In this document: piece by piece, positions 11,830 to 24,372 of the stretch
How the letters are laid out: each line of letters starts with the position of its first letter
Position numbering within the stretch: the first letter of the stretch is position 1
DNA from: Eutreptiella sp. 'Long Island Sound 2002'
Taxonomy: Eukaryota > Protista > Euglenida
Direction: 5' to 3'
NCBI GenBank assembly: GCA_964036045.1
Contig: OZ038379.1
Span: forward strand, 32,860,001 to 32,924,000
Length of the DNA: 64,000 nucleotides
The notes under the pieces: model-generated
What the model was told of the DNA's origin: nothing
Database searches by the model: none
Seen by the model: only the letters and a program-made list of their open reading frames with translations
Program-made: the position numbers and the translations under genes

Positions 11830-12710
11830 GGACGGTTGCGGACGCCCCCCAAAATCTGAAACGGACGCAAACGGACGCACCCAAAAACTAAAACGGACGC
11901 GAACGGACGCTCCCGAATCATACCATGGCTGTGCCCTCACATCTTCTGCACCTTTCATGCAGGGAGGCCTTGGGAACCTCCAGCCCACCCATGAGGTGTT
12001 TTGGACTCTAGGGAGATTTCATCATTTTTCTGGGTGACCCCAGCCAGACTCGAGCCCGGGTTTCAAAAATATCGTTGAACCAATTAACGCCGCTTGGATA
12101 TTCAGAAAGTGCACAGTTTTCCCGTGCACATGAAAAAAAAAGCGCCGCAAACTGAAGCGGTGGGACCAAGTTACCCCCCCCCAACACTTTCAAAAACCTG
12201 TCTTTGACTCTGGGTCCAGGTCAGAAAATTGCCCTCAACAGGGTTTGAACCTAGGTACCCAAACTTGATGTATTTTACAGCATACTACTATAACCAGTCA
12301 ACCACTCATTTCCGCTCTGCCATTGTCATTTTTCGTCCTATACAAGCAGCACGATGCAAAAAAATTTTCAGCTTACAAGGGTTTCCACATGTCTCTGACA
12401 ACACAGCAACCAAAGGGACAGTGTGTTTGGGGGGCCAGGGCCATAATCCTGGTGACTGGGAAGCATTTCGCCGAAAAATAGGCCCTCCGAATTGTCCTGC
12501 CGAATTGTTGGGATTTCTTCGCCGAATTGGGGGGGTGGTTGGCAGCCCACGACACTCTTTGTTGCCGGCAATTTCTGATTTCGCCCCCCAAAATCTGAAA
12601 CGGACGCAAACGGACGCACCCCAAAAGTGAAACAGACGCAAAGGGACGCTCCCCAAAATCAAAACGGACGCACACGGACGGGTACCCATATCAAAACGGA
12701 CGCTAGCATC
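11830..12710. repeat. Two clusters of AAACGGACGC short repeats (~11830-11910 and ~12580-12710) in PDI intron 1
   Basis: CCCCCAAAATCTGAAACGGACGCAAACGGACGCACCC is shared by both clusters; multiple ACGGACGC copies. Confidence 0.75.
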
Positions 12711-12729
12711 AGGTATGCCATGCACTGCC

Positions 12730-15050
12730 CCTACAACCTTGTTAGTGATGGATGATGAGGAAAAGAAATATTGGCAGGCCACTTGCACAACAGATGCATC
12801 TTTCAGCACACCTTTGGCACCCAGGAGTGGTGCACTTTGCGTATAGTAGGGTGGGCTCACGTGGGTTCAAATGGGTTGAGAATGATTGTTTCAACAAGTG
12901 ATCTGTGATGCCTTGGAATAGTGTATTAAGGTCTTGAACAGACATGTGGTGGACACACAAACAAAATTCTGCCACAACTTGGGGCAGGGGGCAGAGTTGA
13001 AGCAACTAGTGTGCCTGGGGGTGTACCGGCAGCACATGCAGTCCAGAACAAAGCCCCACATTGACAGACACCAACGGCATCCATACTACATGAGTGCCAT
13101 TGGACTGCAAGTAGATGACTTGATTCCTGGCATTGCATTAGCCAAATGTGGAACATCCGAGGTTTTAGGCATTGGGCGCATTTTGAGCGCCGAGAGAATT
13201 CGAGCAGCAGCAATCAGCAGCAAGCAGCAGCCAAACCTGCTGTGGGTGGGAGAACTCAGAACTCAGCCCTGTGGCTTGCCTTCCACCGAATTTGAGCGTA
13301 TTATCTTAAAGACAAAAGTTAAGTCATGCCCAGGTGGAGGGAAAACTGCACAGCATTATGTGGCTATGGGTCCACAGGAGGAGGTTCCAAAAACTGGCAG
13401 AATTCCCCCCAAATGCTGCTTTTGACATCCTTGGATCATCGAAAGGGAGTGCTGCGCATAGGATCCCTACTAGTGCTGGAAACACTCGCATCCCCCCCGC
13501 CAACAACAACAACCTAATACCGCCGCCTTGTGTCACCACCACCACCCTGTGTTCCAAGCACCTCTTGTTCAACGCACTGCTCCCTCCTCGGGTTAGGGTT
13601 ACAGAGCGCGTGTGACCCAAAACAGGACACCCAGGGTGTTAGGCAGGCCAACAGGGTGCCATACAGTGAGAAAACTTGGTTGTTTTAATCATCAAGTGGG
13701 TTTGAACGCATCTATGACCCTCTGGGAGAAGAGGCCAGCCTGCCTGGGCATCGCAGGCTCAGACCAAGGGCTGCAAGCCACCGATGACCCTATCTCTTAC
13801 GAGCACACATCCTCATACACACGCACATGCACGTGCACACACACAACCATATCAGTCTGGTCTTGACTAAGGGGCACCGGGGGTCCGACAAAATGTAGTC
13901 AGTGAAACACGTGCGATGATGTAGAAAAGCGGATCACACACCCATTGTTGACATCCAGGCAGGTGTCGGAGATGCATTGCCACTGGTGCACAGTCCGAGA
14001 CTTGTTGTGAGACGTCAGTGCCATACAACCAGATGACACAACGGTGCCGATCTACTTTTGATACCGGCGAGGTATGCCAGAGGACAGTCCACTCCACAGC
14101 TCCTGGGGGGGGGGGGGGCTGCCATAAAGGCTCGACAAGAGTGCCAGTTGGTGCTTCCAGGTGTGCGCACCGGTTTGAATTTTCAAGGGAAGCACAAGCC
14201 TGGGGCGGGGTTTGGGGGGGGGGGGGGCATGGTTCCATGCTACGGAAGCATTTTGTTTCCTGACAGAACATAAGCACATTCATCTGAAATCCCCAGCCCT
14301 GGCACATGGCGACTACTCGAAGCACTGAAATCTATGTGACCTGGATGCATTGGCCTCCTCTTTTTGTGCCGCACGCGCCTTCTCCACTTGGCGCATCTGC
14401 ATTGCCCACTTTCAGACTGAAATATTCAACATAGCAGACCACATGCTAAATCATCCAGACCACTAGTACTGCGTGGTCCTGTAAGTACTAACACCCCTGT
14501 GGGCTCCGTCACCCGCTGCACCACATACAGCAAGCAGCATTCATCAAAGCCACCCTTCTCCAAGGGAGCGGGATGGATGACCTCCCTTGACAAGGGAATG
14601 GGCCCCGTTCTCGCTGCACACTACTTACTGGTGTTTGCCTGCAAATACAGTACAGCTACGTCCAGCACCCCAAACTATGTCATTTTTGACATGTGTCACT
14701 GCCAAACCTGCTCTGGACAATAACACGGTGCTCAGGAACGGAACGGGTGCCCACTGCCCCCAACACGTTTGATGGGACATGGCATCTGCCTTGACATGTG
14801 CACCGCAGCCAGGCCCAGGGCTATCAACACGTCCTGTCTATGCTGCTATGTATACCATCCAAATGTGCTTTTCGTTGTGCATTTCAGTATTACTGGCAAC
14901 CTCCAGATCCAGCACTTCCGCTTTTCTGTGTGTCTTACTCAATTGCTTGGACTTGTCAACAGTTGCATCGACTGCTGTGGTTTCCTGTTGAACGACACAT
15001 CACCAGGTGTTGTATTCTGCCGTTTTCTTTGAATTCAGCACACCCTTGCA
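12730..15050 (-). mobile_element. Possible highly decayed LINE remnant in PDI intron 1
   Basis: Weak, roughly collinear minus-strand resemblances to AFD, QG..P and G..N motifs (~14870, ~14590, ~14290) and a Cys-rich 3' region. No intact motif. Confidence 0.25.
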
Positions 15051-15528
15051 TATTGGCAGTGTTATCGCACCTCAATAGCACAGCTCGGCGGAAGACCAGT
15101 AACGTGGATTACGCCCTCAGAGGATTGGCTAAGTACAAGCACAGGTACAGGAAGAGGTACAAATACAATTCATGCTGGTTTGTGTTGGCTGCACCGACCA
15201 GTGGTGGAAAGATAATCATGGGACTGTGGACTCAAGCATGGCTACCTGAGCTTGGATGCTGCAGATGCAATGGCAAGCATGGCTGCATCGCAGGTGATAA
15301 ATAATCAGCTAATGTTGTGGCTGCCCATTACTGACTGGTCATTAATCCCGGTTGAATGTGATTGATAGTAGTTACCAAGGGCGGTCGACACTGGCAAGCA
15401 TCCTAAAAAGTGGCCTTTCTTCGAAACAAAACATGGGCGGTAGGGAATAGCCGTGCCAGCAGCACATCTAGCCCCTCCCTTAGGTTTACCAAGCACAGAG
15501 CAATACCCTGAAACATGTCCAGCAGTAC

Positions 15529-15883
15529 CTACGTATCTGAAGTTGGGGTACCCCTTGACACCGTGGATTCCGCAGAGATTCTTGTGCTCTGTGCAATCGA
15601 TCATCCCCAGTCGCATGCCATCGCCGAGCTGCACCTCTTCGCTATGACTCAACGCTGCATACACAGGCTTGAGGCGCTTGCAATGGGAGCACCAGGGGGC
15701 ATAGAACATAAGGAACCAGTTGCCCTTGCGAATTGCGTTTGGCAATGACATGGACCCGAGCGCGTACGTTTTGCTCAGGTCCACATCCGGATCATCGTCG
15801 ACCTCTGTGGGCCCTTTGCTAGCCCCATCAGCCTCAAGGATGAGGAGCAGCAGCACCAAAAGTGCGGTGTGCCAGACAGCCAT
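15529..15883 (-). CDS. Exon 1 of a PDI-family (TMX3-like) thioredoxin-domain protein with signal peptide
   Basis: ATG at 15883. Hydrophobic leader MAVWHTALLVLLLLILEADG, then WFLMFYAPWCSHCKRLKP...GMIDCTEHKNLCGIHGVKGYPNFRYV. Donor GTAG|GTACTG (phase 1) splices in frame to the exon at 11250. Confidence 0.9.
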
Positions 15884-15957
15884 GGCACCACTTCCCTGGG
15901 AAACAGTTTTGTTGTATGAGTTACCCGTCCCCAGTGACCCTGACCTGAAGCAGCCCG

Positions 15958-15986
15958 CTGAAACACAGAAATACACAGAAGCAAAG
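15958..15986 (-). promoter_or_regulatory. Pyrimidine-rich tract plus AG splice acceptor 74 nt upstream of the PDI ATG (5'UTR cis-intron or trans-splice site)
   Basis: Minus strand reads CTTTGCTTCTGTGTATTTCTGTGTTTCAG|CGGG. Confidence 0.55.
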
Positions 15987-16499
15987 ACCAGTCCAGATTT
16001 TGTCCTGGCTCAAAATGAGCATGATGGAGCCAGAGATATGGCTCTGCGCCAGGCAACTGGTGCCCATTTGTCAGTGCTAGACAACAACTGGTAACAAGTG
16101 CCGAGTAAGTGCACTATGTGTGCGCGTGCGGGCAATTGCGAACGGACTGGCGGCTCGGATCATCAAACTGCAGAGATGGGTGGGGGAGAGGCGCACCCCC
16201 ACCCCCCCCAAACCAGGTCCGCCCTCACTCCACAACTTAACCAGTCTGAACGACAATTATTTCGCCATTTTTGACAGTTTTGGAGACTGCCATCTGCTGC
16301 TGCCCCCTCCGTAGCTATAGCCATTCGCCACCAGCCAACATACTATTTTCATTTTCATTTTATAAAAAAAAAGTGCTTGGCAAGACTGAGTGAGAAATGA
16401 AGTAAAACTGTGTAAAGTGTGGTAAAACTGAAAAAAAATCAAATCTTTTTTAAAAAATTCAAAAACCATTCACTCACTTTAAGTGGATTCTACTCTACT

Positions 16500-19260
16500 A
16501 CTTCATTTCTTTGGCAGTGTTACTCTTGTTTTAGGGCATGGTGCCCCCGGGTCATTCCCTGGCCACTCTTGGTAGTAGTGCCCCACCTGGGCCAAAACAT
16601 CCTGCACATGTGTGCTTTTATATCGTATGTACAAGGGTGGGCATATGTTCTTTTATATGAAATCACAACACACACGCTTGTAGACCGCCTGTGTGGGCTG
16701 TGCAACCTTTGGATAGGCTTTCTACATGTTCTGAAGAACACTCTTGAACATGCTGATGCAATGCTCAATCATCTTTTTGCCGCAATTTCAATCTCACTAA
16801 GGCATTCTTGGGATAATGTTCCAAAACGGGAAATTCCTTATCACGAACCAACACTTATGGCCGGAACTCATCCGTTGAAGGTGGCTTGGCAACTATTATA
16901 GATGGTTCACCCATTGCCAATGCCAATGCAGCCCACTATAACTATTTGCACTACACATTGGCGCAATCCTACACATACCTCCAATGGACACAAACCAGAA
17001 GCATGGAGGGCACAATAAACAGAAAAACATTTGAGGGACGCAGAGGGGGTTGCACAAATATGGTGTGGGGTACAACCAAGCCACATGCAAATGCACTAGC
17101 TTGGTCTGGATAAACGAGGCGCACTTGGAGACATTGCAGTGAAAAGCGATCAGTGCCATGACACAAAATAGCCAAAATCTATCATGCGGCAGTTGTATGC
17201 TACCATTGATAGCGCCTCTCCATAATGCACAATGCAACATCGAAAAACATTCTGGATTGCAACTCATCCCATCCTCTTGCCTTATGGAGGTGGCGTAGAG
17301 GGGCGCTATTGCAAAAACAAGACTACCAAAAATACCAAAACCTTCTCCCATATCTTCGGCTACTTTGGTTGCATGGCTCCTTGCTGGCCAATCAACTCCA
17401 CAATAGCCAACACCTCAATGTTTGCACCAACTATGTGTGGCTTCTCACATCAAACTTGGGTCAAACTTGAGGAAAAGAAGTTTGCATGGGGCAACCAACA
17501 ACAAGCAACAAGTGGAGCACCCAATGTAAATTGTGCAAATCACATACTTGTGCCACAAAAGCCATATCAAGGGACACTATTTGCAAAGTGTGGTGTGCCC
17601 ATGATTCAACCAACTTGTGTTTACGAAACCTACTCCCAAATGACTCATTCCACAATAAGTCACGGGAATCACACACAACCCATGCCGCATCCATTATTAC
17701 ACTGAGAACAACCATGGCTTACCACTAGTAATATACCACAATCTCAACATAGCCCCTCACCCAATGGTCTGATAGGAGGTCCTTGATTTGGGGTGCCTCC
17801 AACTCATATTGTGAGACAACGAGCCCAGTACCATCACATGCAGTGGCTCCTCAATATGCTGCAAGGAGTGTGTTATTGTGCCATTGCCACCATTGAGTGT
17901 ATTGCACACGGCAACAAGTATCTTTTTTGCGCAAAGACACCGAGTGTGAGTCATTCTGTCCGGAAATAGTGAGTTGCTTTCACCCACATTTGTAGATGGA
18001 GTCGGGTGCAATATGGTCACTACTTGCTTCTCGTCTCCAACTTTTGTGGGACCCATCGCATCTCATTCCTTTCTTTGGAGGAGTACTTGCGCCACATGAA
18101 AAAACAACCAAAGAAATGGTGAAGATGAGCAAACTACCAAAGAAAAATTTCCACATTCCAGTTGTACCACAGACCCATGTGGGTCCGTAGTCCACGGTTG
18201 TGTGCTTGTTGCGACATCACGGGCGGAGAACGAATTGCTAAGTGGTCTGCTTAGATAGCCAAATTTTCATTGCACACCACATGCACTGGGCTTAAAGAAC
18301 CTAAAGTAGGCAGCATACAAAATCTTCTGCCTCTTCAAAGGGTGCCCAACAACAAACCATTAATTTTGCACACTAGCCATTTGTTGCACATATCTCCCAT
18401 TCAATGTTTATTGCTTCAACAAGTTCGCTCTAGCCTACTTCTGTCATGCAAACACCCCTTGTACACAATGCTGTAGCCCCATCCAGAGCATCGAAAGCAT
18501 AGCAAAGCCAAAAAAAAGCCAAAGCACCGAGCACAAAGGCAATTCACTGTTGCAGGTCCACAACTTCAGGATCATTGGAAACTGCCACAAGTCCAGCAAC
18601 TTCAGGATCATCAATGTCATCAACAATTGAATCATCAGCAACATTTGACACTTCTGCTTCTGTGTTAGCCTGAAAAAAATGCTTCGTAACAAATTCATAA
18701 TGTTGCTGGCCTCAATAACATTAGCAGAACACAAAAAGATCAGTGCAGACTGACCGATGAAAAGATGGGGGGACCTGCAGTTGGGCATGTACAAAATCAC
18801 ATTGAGCACAAAATATTATCGAGCATCAAAATTACATCCATCGTGGCCCTAATAAGGGAGGGTTTATTCATCATGACAGAGGGCTCTGCCAAAATGCTCT
18901 CACCATTCCCCAGTAATAGAGTGTTTTGTTCACTTTCTCTGGGAGGTGCTGTCTCCTTTGTGTACATCTGCACTTTGAGGCATCATCAAAGCCCTCCCTT
19001 GATCTCATCGAAAACAAGAAGAGATCTTCGTGGATCTGAAAAGGCACAAGTGGAGCATTCATTTGCCCACTTCTACTTGTGGCAGGTGCGGAACATTTAG
19101 ATGGGGACAAAAATGCTGCTTTGTGTTGCGATGTCCACACACAGCTTTTCACTTGTACATGCCGGGTTTTGAGTGTTTGTGTGGTTTCCACGTTAATCAT
19201 CTCAATGATGGGCGTTGTCTGCATGCTGTGTGGAAACACTCTCTGGGTTTGCCTTTGCAC
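16500..19260 (-). mobile_element. Possible decayed LINE ORF2 remnant
   Basis: Weak minus-strand motifs in the expected order: FLFSMRSREGFD (~19000), CRSPHLF (~18775), VADDSIV (~18640), KFGYL (~18260), HLHHFFGC (~18120). Heavily frameshifted. Confidence 0.3.
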
Positions 19261-19340
19261 CCAATGCTATTGCATTCTTTCCCTATGGGAGCTACAGACA
19301 CGGGGGGGGCGTAGCAACGGGCCATACGCCGACTCCCTCC

Positions 19341-19406
19341 CACTTTCCAGCCAATTTCAGGGCGGCCCCCTCCCCCCCCCCCTCCCTGGAAATTGGCTGG
19401 AAAGTG
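19341..19406. repeat. Near-perfect ~22-bp inverted repeat with a C-rich loop
   Basis: CACTTTCCAGCCAATTTCAGGG ... CCCTGGAAATTGGCTGGAAAGTG; the outer 18 bp are perfectly complementary. Confidence 0.9.
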
Positions 19407-19744
19407 CCGGACCATGGGCGCCGAAGGCGCCCGAAGCAAATTTTGCTTGAATTAGTAGAGGGTGAAAAAATGGGTTTTCACCCCATGTGTCTATACTCAA
19501 AATACTCAGTTTTTTGAGGAGAACCCAATAATGGATGAAAACCAAATTGGACCAAATATGAATACCACCCCTGTGCAGAGGTGTGTCAGAGATGGCCCAT
19601 ACCCTAGTGGTAAAGCAATGCCTCTGCAACTGAATGGTCCCAGGTTCAAACCACAGTAAGGGTAATTTACTAGACCATAGGAAGGGTCAAGGACACCATG
19701 GAAAATTTTTTGTTTTTGTTTTGTTTTTGTTTTTTTAGTGCTTT

Positions 19745-19990
19745 GTTTTTGTCCCCTTTGTTGGGTATCCCTGAGAAAGCAGGGTTGACGTAGCATTTCC
19801 GCCCACTTGTGGGTCCCCTAGAAGGCAGGGTTTAGGCAGCCAATTCTGATTTTGTCCCCATTTGTTTGGGGACCCCCGAGAATGCAGGGGTGATGTAGCA
19901 TCTCCGCCCTCTTTTGGGCCCACTTTGATTTTGTCCCCTTTGTTGGGGACCCCCGAGAAAGCAGGGGTGAGGTAGCCACTTCTGATTTTC
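19745..19990. repeat. About three diverged ~90-bp tandem units (TTTGTCCCCTTTGTTGGGGACCCCCGAGAAAGCAGGGG)
   Basis: Motif seen at ~19748, ~19850 and ~19930. Confidence 0.7.
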
Positions 19991-20173
19991 TCCCCGCACC
20001 CTTAAACACAAGTACCACCTACCATCCCCCCCCCCCCCCTGTTGCAATTTTTTTTGCCAACATAAATACTGCAAAAATGTCTACCGCGATGAGGGGGTCA
20101 TTTTAAGCCGTATATGTTGGGGTCCGGGTGCCCCCCTCCCCTTCAGCCGGCCCCAGACCACCTCCAGACCCAG

Positions 20174-20206
<33 letters not shown>

Positions 20207-23200
20207 GGGGAGTCGGCGTAAAGGGTCTGGTGCCGGCGAGCCCCCCGTGGCTACAGACTTGTTGTGTGCAGCCTCATCACTTTGGTTGTGCAAATCCATT
20301 CTGTGTGGACAGGGTGCTATCGAAGTTGTGCAGACACAACACATTCTACGTACTGCCAGGAAATTCTCCTGGTGGTGGAGGTGGTGGTGACTCTGAATGA
20401 GTCATGCTAGTCTGCAGTCAAAATCCATATTGTGCCTTAAGAAGAGGGTCTAAGAATGGAAGACAAAAAAAACATGAAACAAGATGCCCCCCCAAAAATG
20501 CCAAAACATCCACTCATAGTATCAACACATTCGCAATGAAAAAAGAGATTGATGCACAAAAATGCACTGCACTGACAGTGGCGTATGCTTCTGTCACCCT
20601 GCATTTCCTTCTAGGTGGGGTGTCCAAAACAGACGTAGTCCTGCGCAGCAGCGCACGCACAACGTGTGCCTCGTACACGTAGCACACAGTAGACCCCCAA
20701 AATGGGTGACTGTACAGCAGGCACACAATACTGACTTTGACAATGAACGGAGTGCCATTAGCCGCACCAGTGCAGTACTGTGTACCATGGGATATGCAGA
20801 GTTTAGTTTGGCGGTATAAATGGAGAGTACAAAGGGGCATGTCCCCAAAAGCACCTTGTACCATCAAGTAGAGTGTGGGGCATGCACATGGAACCATCTC
20901 AAGCAGTGTGCCTTCAAAAGAGAGTACAAACAATGGGGGGTGGGCAGGAGTTGGCCTACATAGCCTGACAAGGGGGCAGGCTTGGGCAAAGCAGGCGTCC
21001 CATGGGGAGGGGGGTTCGCCATAAAAGGCTGAGTACTTCCAGCTACTTTGAGTACTCAGGTGGAAATTGTCCACATTGCTTGTCCAAAGCTGCTTGGGAA
21101 AAGTACTTAGGTACGTGAGTGTGGGATAGTTATCCCTCTGCTTCAAACACTGCTTCTGCTTCTTCGGGGGGGGGGGGGGATGAGGCGTGAAAATTTTTGT
21201 CAGATTGTGTTTTTTGCGCACCTTCTCCAGCACCTGTTTGCAGGCTCATCGCAGCCCAGAAACTGGGCAGACCCCTGCATGTCCGTTGGTCAGGGCACAC
21301 CGTGCACAAGATCTGGTACTACAACGGTACATACCGAGCATAGTGAGCAGCTGGAACACCATCCCACACACCCGTTGGACGCAAATGACAACGGCACATG
21401 GGCAGAAGAACGTCATAGCATTTCGCAGTCACATGCCCCACAAGTGGGGAACCCCCGCTTCAGGGGCGCCACATGCTAGACCGTCCACACCAGTGCAATA
21501 TGCGACAGGATTTCGCTTGAGCACTACATTTCTGGCAAATTAAGCCGAGAGACCACAGACTTTCAGACTGTTTGAAACAGCTGACCGAGATAAATGACAT
21601 GAAAGGAGTGTTATACACTTGAGACATCATGGAACGTTGGGCTTCGAAGCCGAACATTTCATGGTGGAGCTGTGCATGGCCTTCAGAGCTCCAGCGGGAT
21701 TCTTTCCGTTCATCATTGGCCATTCCACACATAACACATCCATATGGGAAGTGATGTGGCCGGTCTGGCACCCCTCCCCCCCAGAGTTGTGCTACACTTT
21801 GGAGGGATGTTGTACCGTGCAAACACACATGGTTTAACGGCTTCGTTGGAGGCAATCGGATGCACCCCGCAGTCATTCGCCGTGCTGGTGCGCTCCAGGG
21901 CTCCATGTGATGACCCTTTGCACCATAGCTGGTGGCAACGACTTGCAGATGGACAGGGGAACGGCAGTGTCGGCACTGCAGCATTTGGGAGAGCACAGAG
22001 ACAAACACAACAACACACGCAATAGAGCCCACCAGAGGTCAGTCCAATAGGGCCGGGGTAGTTTAGGACCGGAGCAACGCGGGCTCCTGCGTCTGTTCGT
22101 GGTGCGAGCTGCGCAGTGGTGCCGGTGGGAGGTGGTATGTACACAGGATCAAAGGGCGTACGCACAGCTGCTGAATGGCGCGCGCGCCGCAGGGCCAACA
22201 GCAAGCGCCAGCAATCTGCTGCTGCAATCGAACACCGAATCGCAACGCTGAAGCATCAAGTGGCAAATCGAGACACATTGGTCGCCGGCGGCCAAGCGTA
22301 CGATTCCTCCGTCGGAGCGCCCCCGCGGCACGTGCCGTGCAGCCCCCCCTTTTCGGTGTCATTGCACCCACAACGGATGTGTGAATCCCACTGACGTGTC
22401 ATGTGGCATTCGAAAGCCCCAGCCCCCCAACCACCCACGCACAGCAGAAGCCTGGTGTAGTCACAAGCCTGAAGCAACCCCCCCCCCCCCCCACACACAC
22501 CCTCTTCGTGTGCACAGTACAAGGACCCCCACCTGCGCAATTCTCAAGGGCAAGTCTCATCAGTTCCCGATCCATCAGCAGCCGCACTCAGACTGACGGC
22601 TCATCAGCCAATCACGGCATTGCTCAGCAAATTACAGCAACGGGCGGCAAAATGGGGTACTGGCCGACCCACCTGCCCAAATCTGCGGACAGCACGGCTT
22701 TTGGTGCAGGGAGTGTGGGGGTATCTCCCACACAGGGGCAGTCGGGGTTGATCCCGCCCTAAGCGATGGGGGTGTGTATGGCAAGAGGGGGGCTCCGACA
22801 TACAGCGGGGGCATTCAGAGTGCAAAGGCACGACGCGCTCCCCAGGCTCGTGTGCCTGGCCTTCAGTGGACGTCTGTCAGGGACGTGTCGCGCAATGAAA
22901 GGGGTAGAATGACGGCAGTGAAGGTGAAAGCGGTTGAATGACATCACTGCGTTGCATTTTCGTGGGAATCCGTTCCGAACACGCGAGATCACGCAGGAGG
23001 AGGTTTGCCCAATGCCTTTGACGGCACCGCTTTGTGGTCCGGGCGGCCCGGGTTGTTGCAGTAACGAAGAAGTGGTGGCGGGCGGGGGGGGGGGGGGCTA
23101 CGGGTTCGAGCACGAGATTCCATCGGCCCCACACACCCCCACTAACTATGGCAATGACGGTGAGATCAGAAAACGGACCAGACGGGGGCTCTGAAACACA

Positions 23201-24372
23201 GCAGCGGAGATTTGTTTGCAGCTTTTTCACAGGGCAACAAGGGCCATTCTGCAGGCGGCTGGGGAAGATCCGTTAGAGGGGTAGCGGTCAGTCCTCCGCG
23301 GACCTTTCGATACTGCAAGAGAACGCCAAGCGCCAGCAGCTGGTGGTCAACCGTCGACCAGTCGACTGGCCTTACTCCCAAGGCATTCTACAATACGATG
23401 GCAGTCTTTGTACGCCTGCTGTCGGGCGCTATGGCTTTCCGGTGAGGCGGACCCACTTGAAGGGGGTTGTGCCACTTGTGGACTGCAAAGCCACGGGACA
23501 TGACCTTGTTCCGTCGGCCGTCGGGGGTTCATCGCTGGCGATAGGCAGTTCATCGTCTGGGATTTGGGGGTGAACTGGTGGCGGCGGCCCGGACTTCCCC
23601 AAAGTAACAAGAACAAAACCCATTCCCTTAAAGAAACCCCTGGTCTTCATAGTGAGAGAGGTTCGTCCTCAGAGGGGCAGGGGGTAGCTTTCAGAGGGCA
23701 AAGGCTCCAGCTCTGGGGGTATTCACACCCTCTTGCCCCCCCCCCATACCTTCTTACTGCTGTTCCCAATGGAGCACATCCACACACACCCCAGCCCACA
23801 CCATCTCCGAAGGGGCTCACTTAAGCCCACAGTACCAGTCGCACGCGGATGCAGCCCCCCACACAACACATCTGACAAACCCCCAAGCGGGTACCCCGGC
23901 CCCCGTTTCACTGCGCCTCCCGCTCCGGGTTGGGTTAGGGCGGACTGGGCTTCACAGAATCGGTTAAGATCCCCTACTGAGGTCAAAGGTACATACTGCT
24001 TTGGTTAGTTTGCTTTGGCCAAAGGGGTCCAGTCACCGGCCAGGGACTCCCTCCCGCACAACACGGGCCGTTGTGTGTTTTGGTACGCCAATCCCTCTTT
24101 GTTTCGTCTGTGGACACAACGCCCGTGTGTCCTACAGCGTTGCCAACCATCGGTGGCAGCATGGGCATGGGGCCCACGTCATGTGCATGCACACGGTGCC
24201 AACACCACGGATAAAGGCGCGCTGCTGCCTGCGGCAATCCCGAGGGCGTGTGGTGTGGCCAGGGTGTCTACCTCATATGACTTTACCTCCTGTGCCCCCC
24301 CCCCCCCAAAAAAAACACGCGGACCCCTACATCCATTAAGCCAAGGGCCAATTGGAAGGCATGGGAAGCTTT

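Noticed and set aside
9560-13600. Telomere or interstitial telomeric array
   Set aside because: Only isolated TTAGGG hexamers occur, with no tandem run.
15305-15976. The 223-aa ORF as the complete PDI protein
   Set aside because: The true start is probably ATG 15883 (signal peptide). Sequence after the 15529 donor is intronic, and the fold continues in the exon at 11250.
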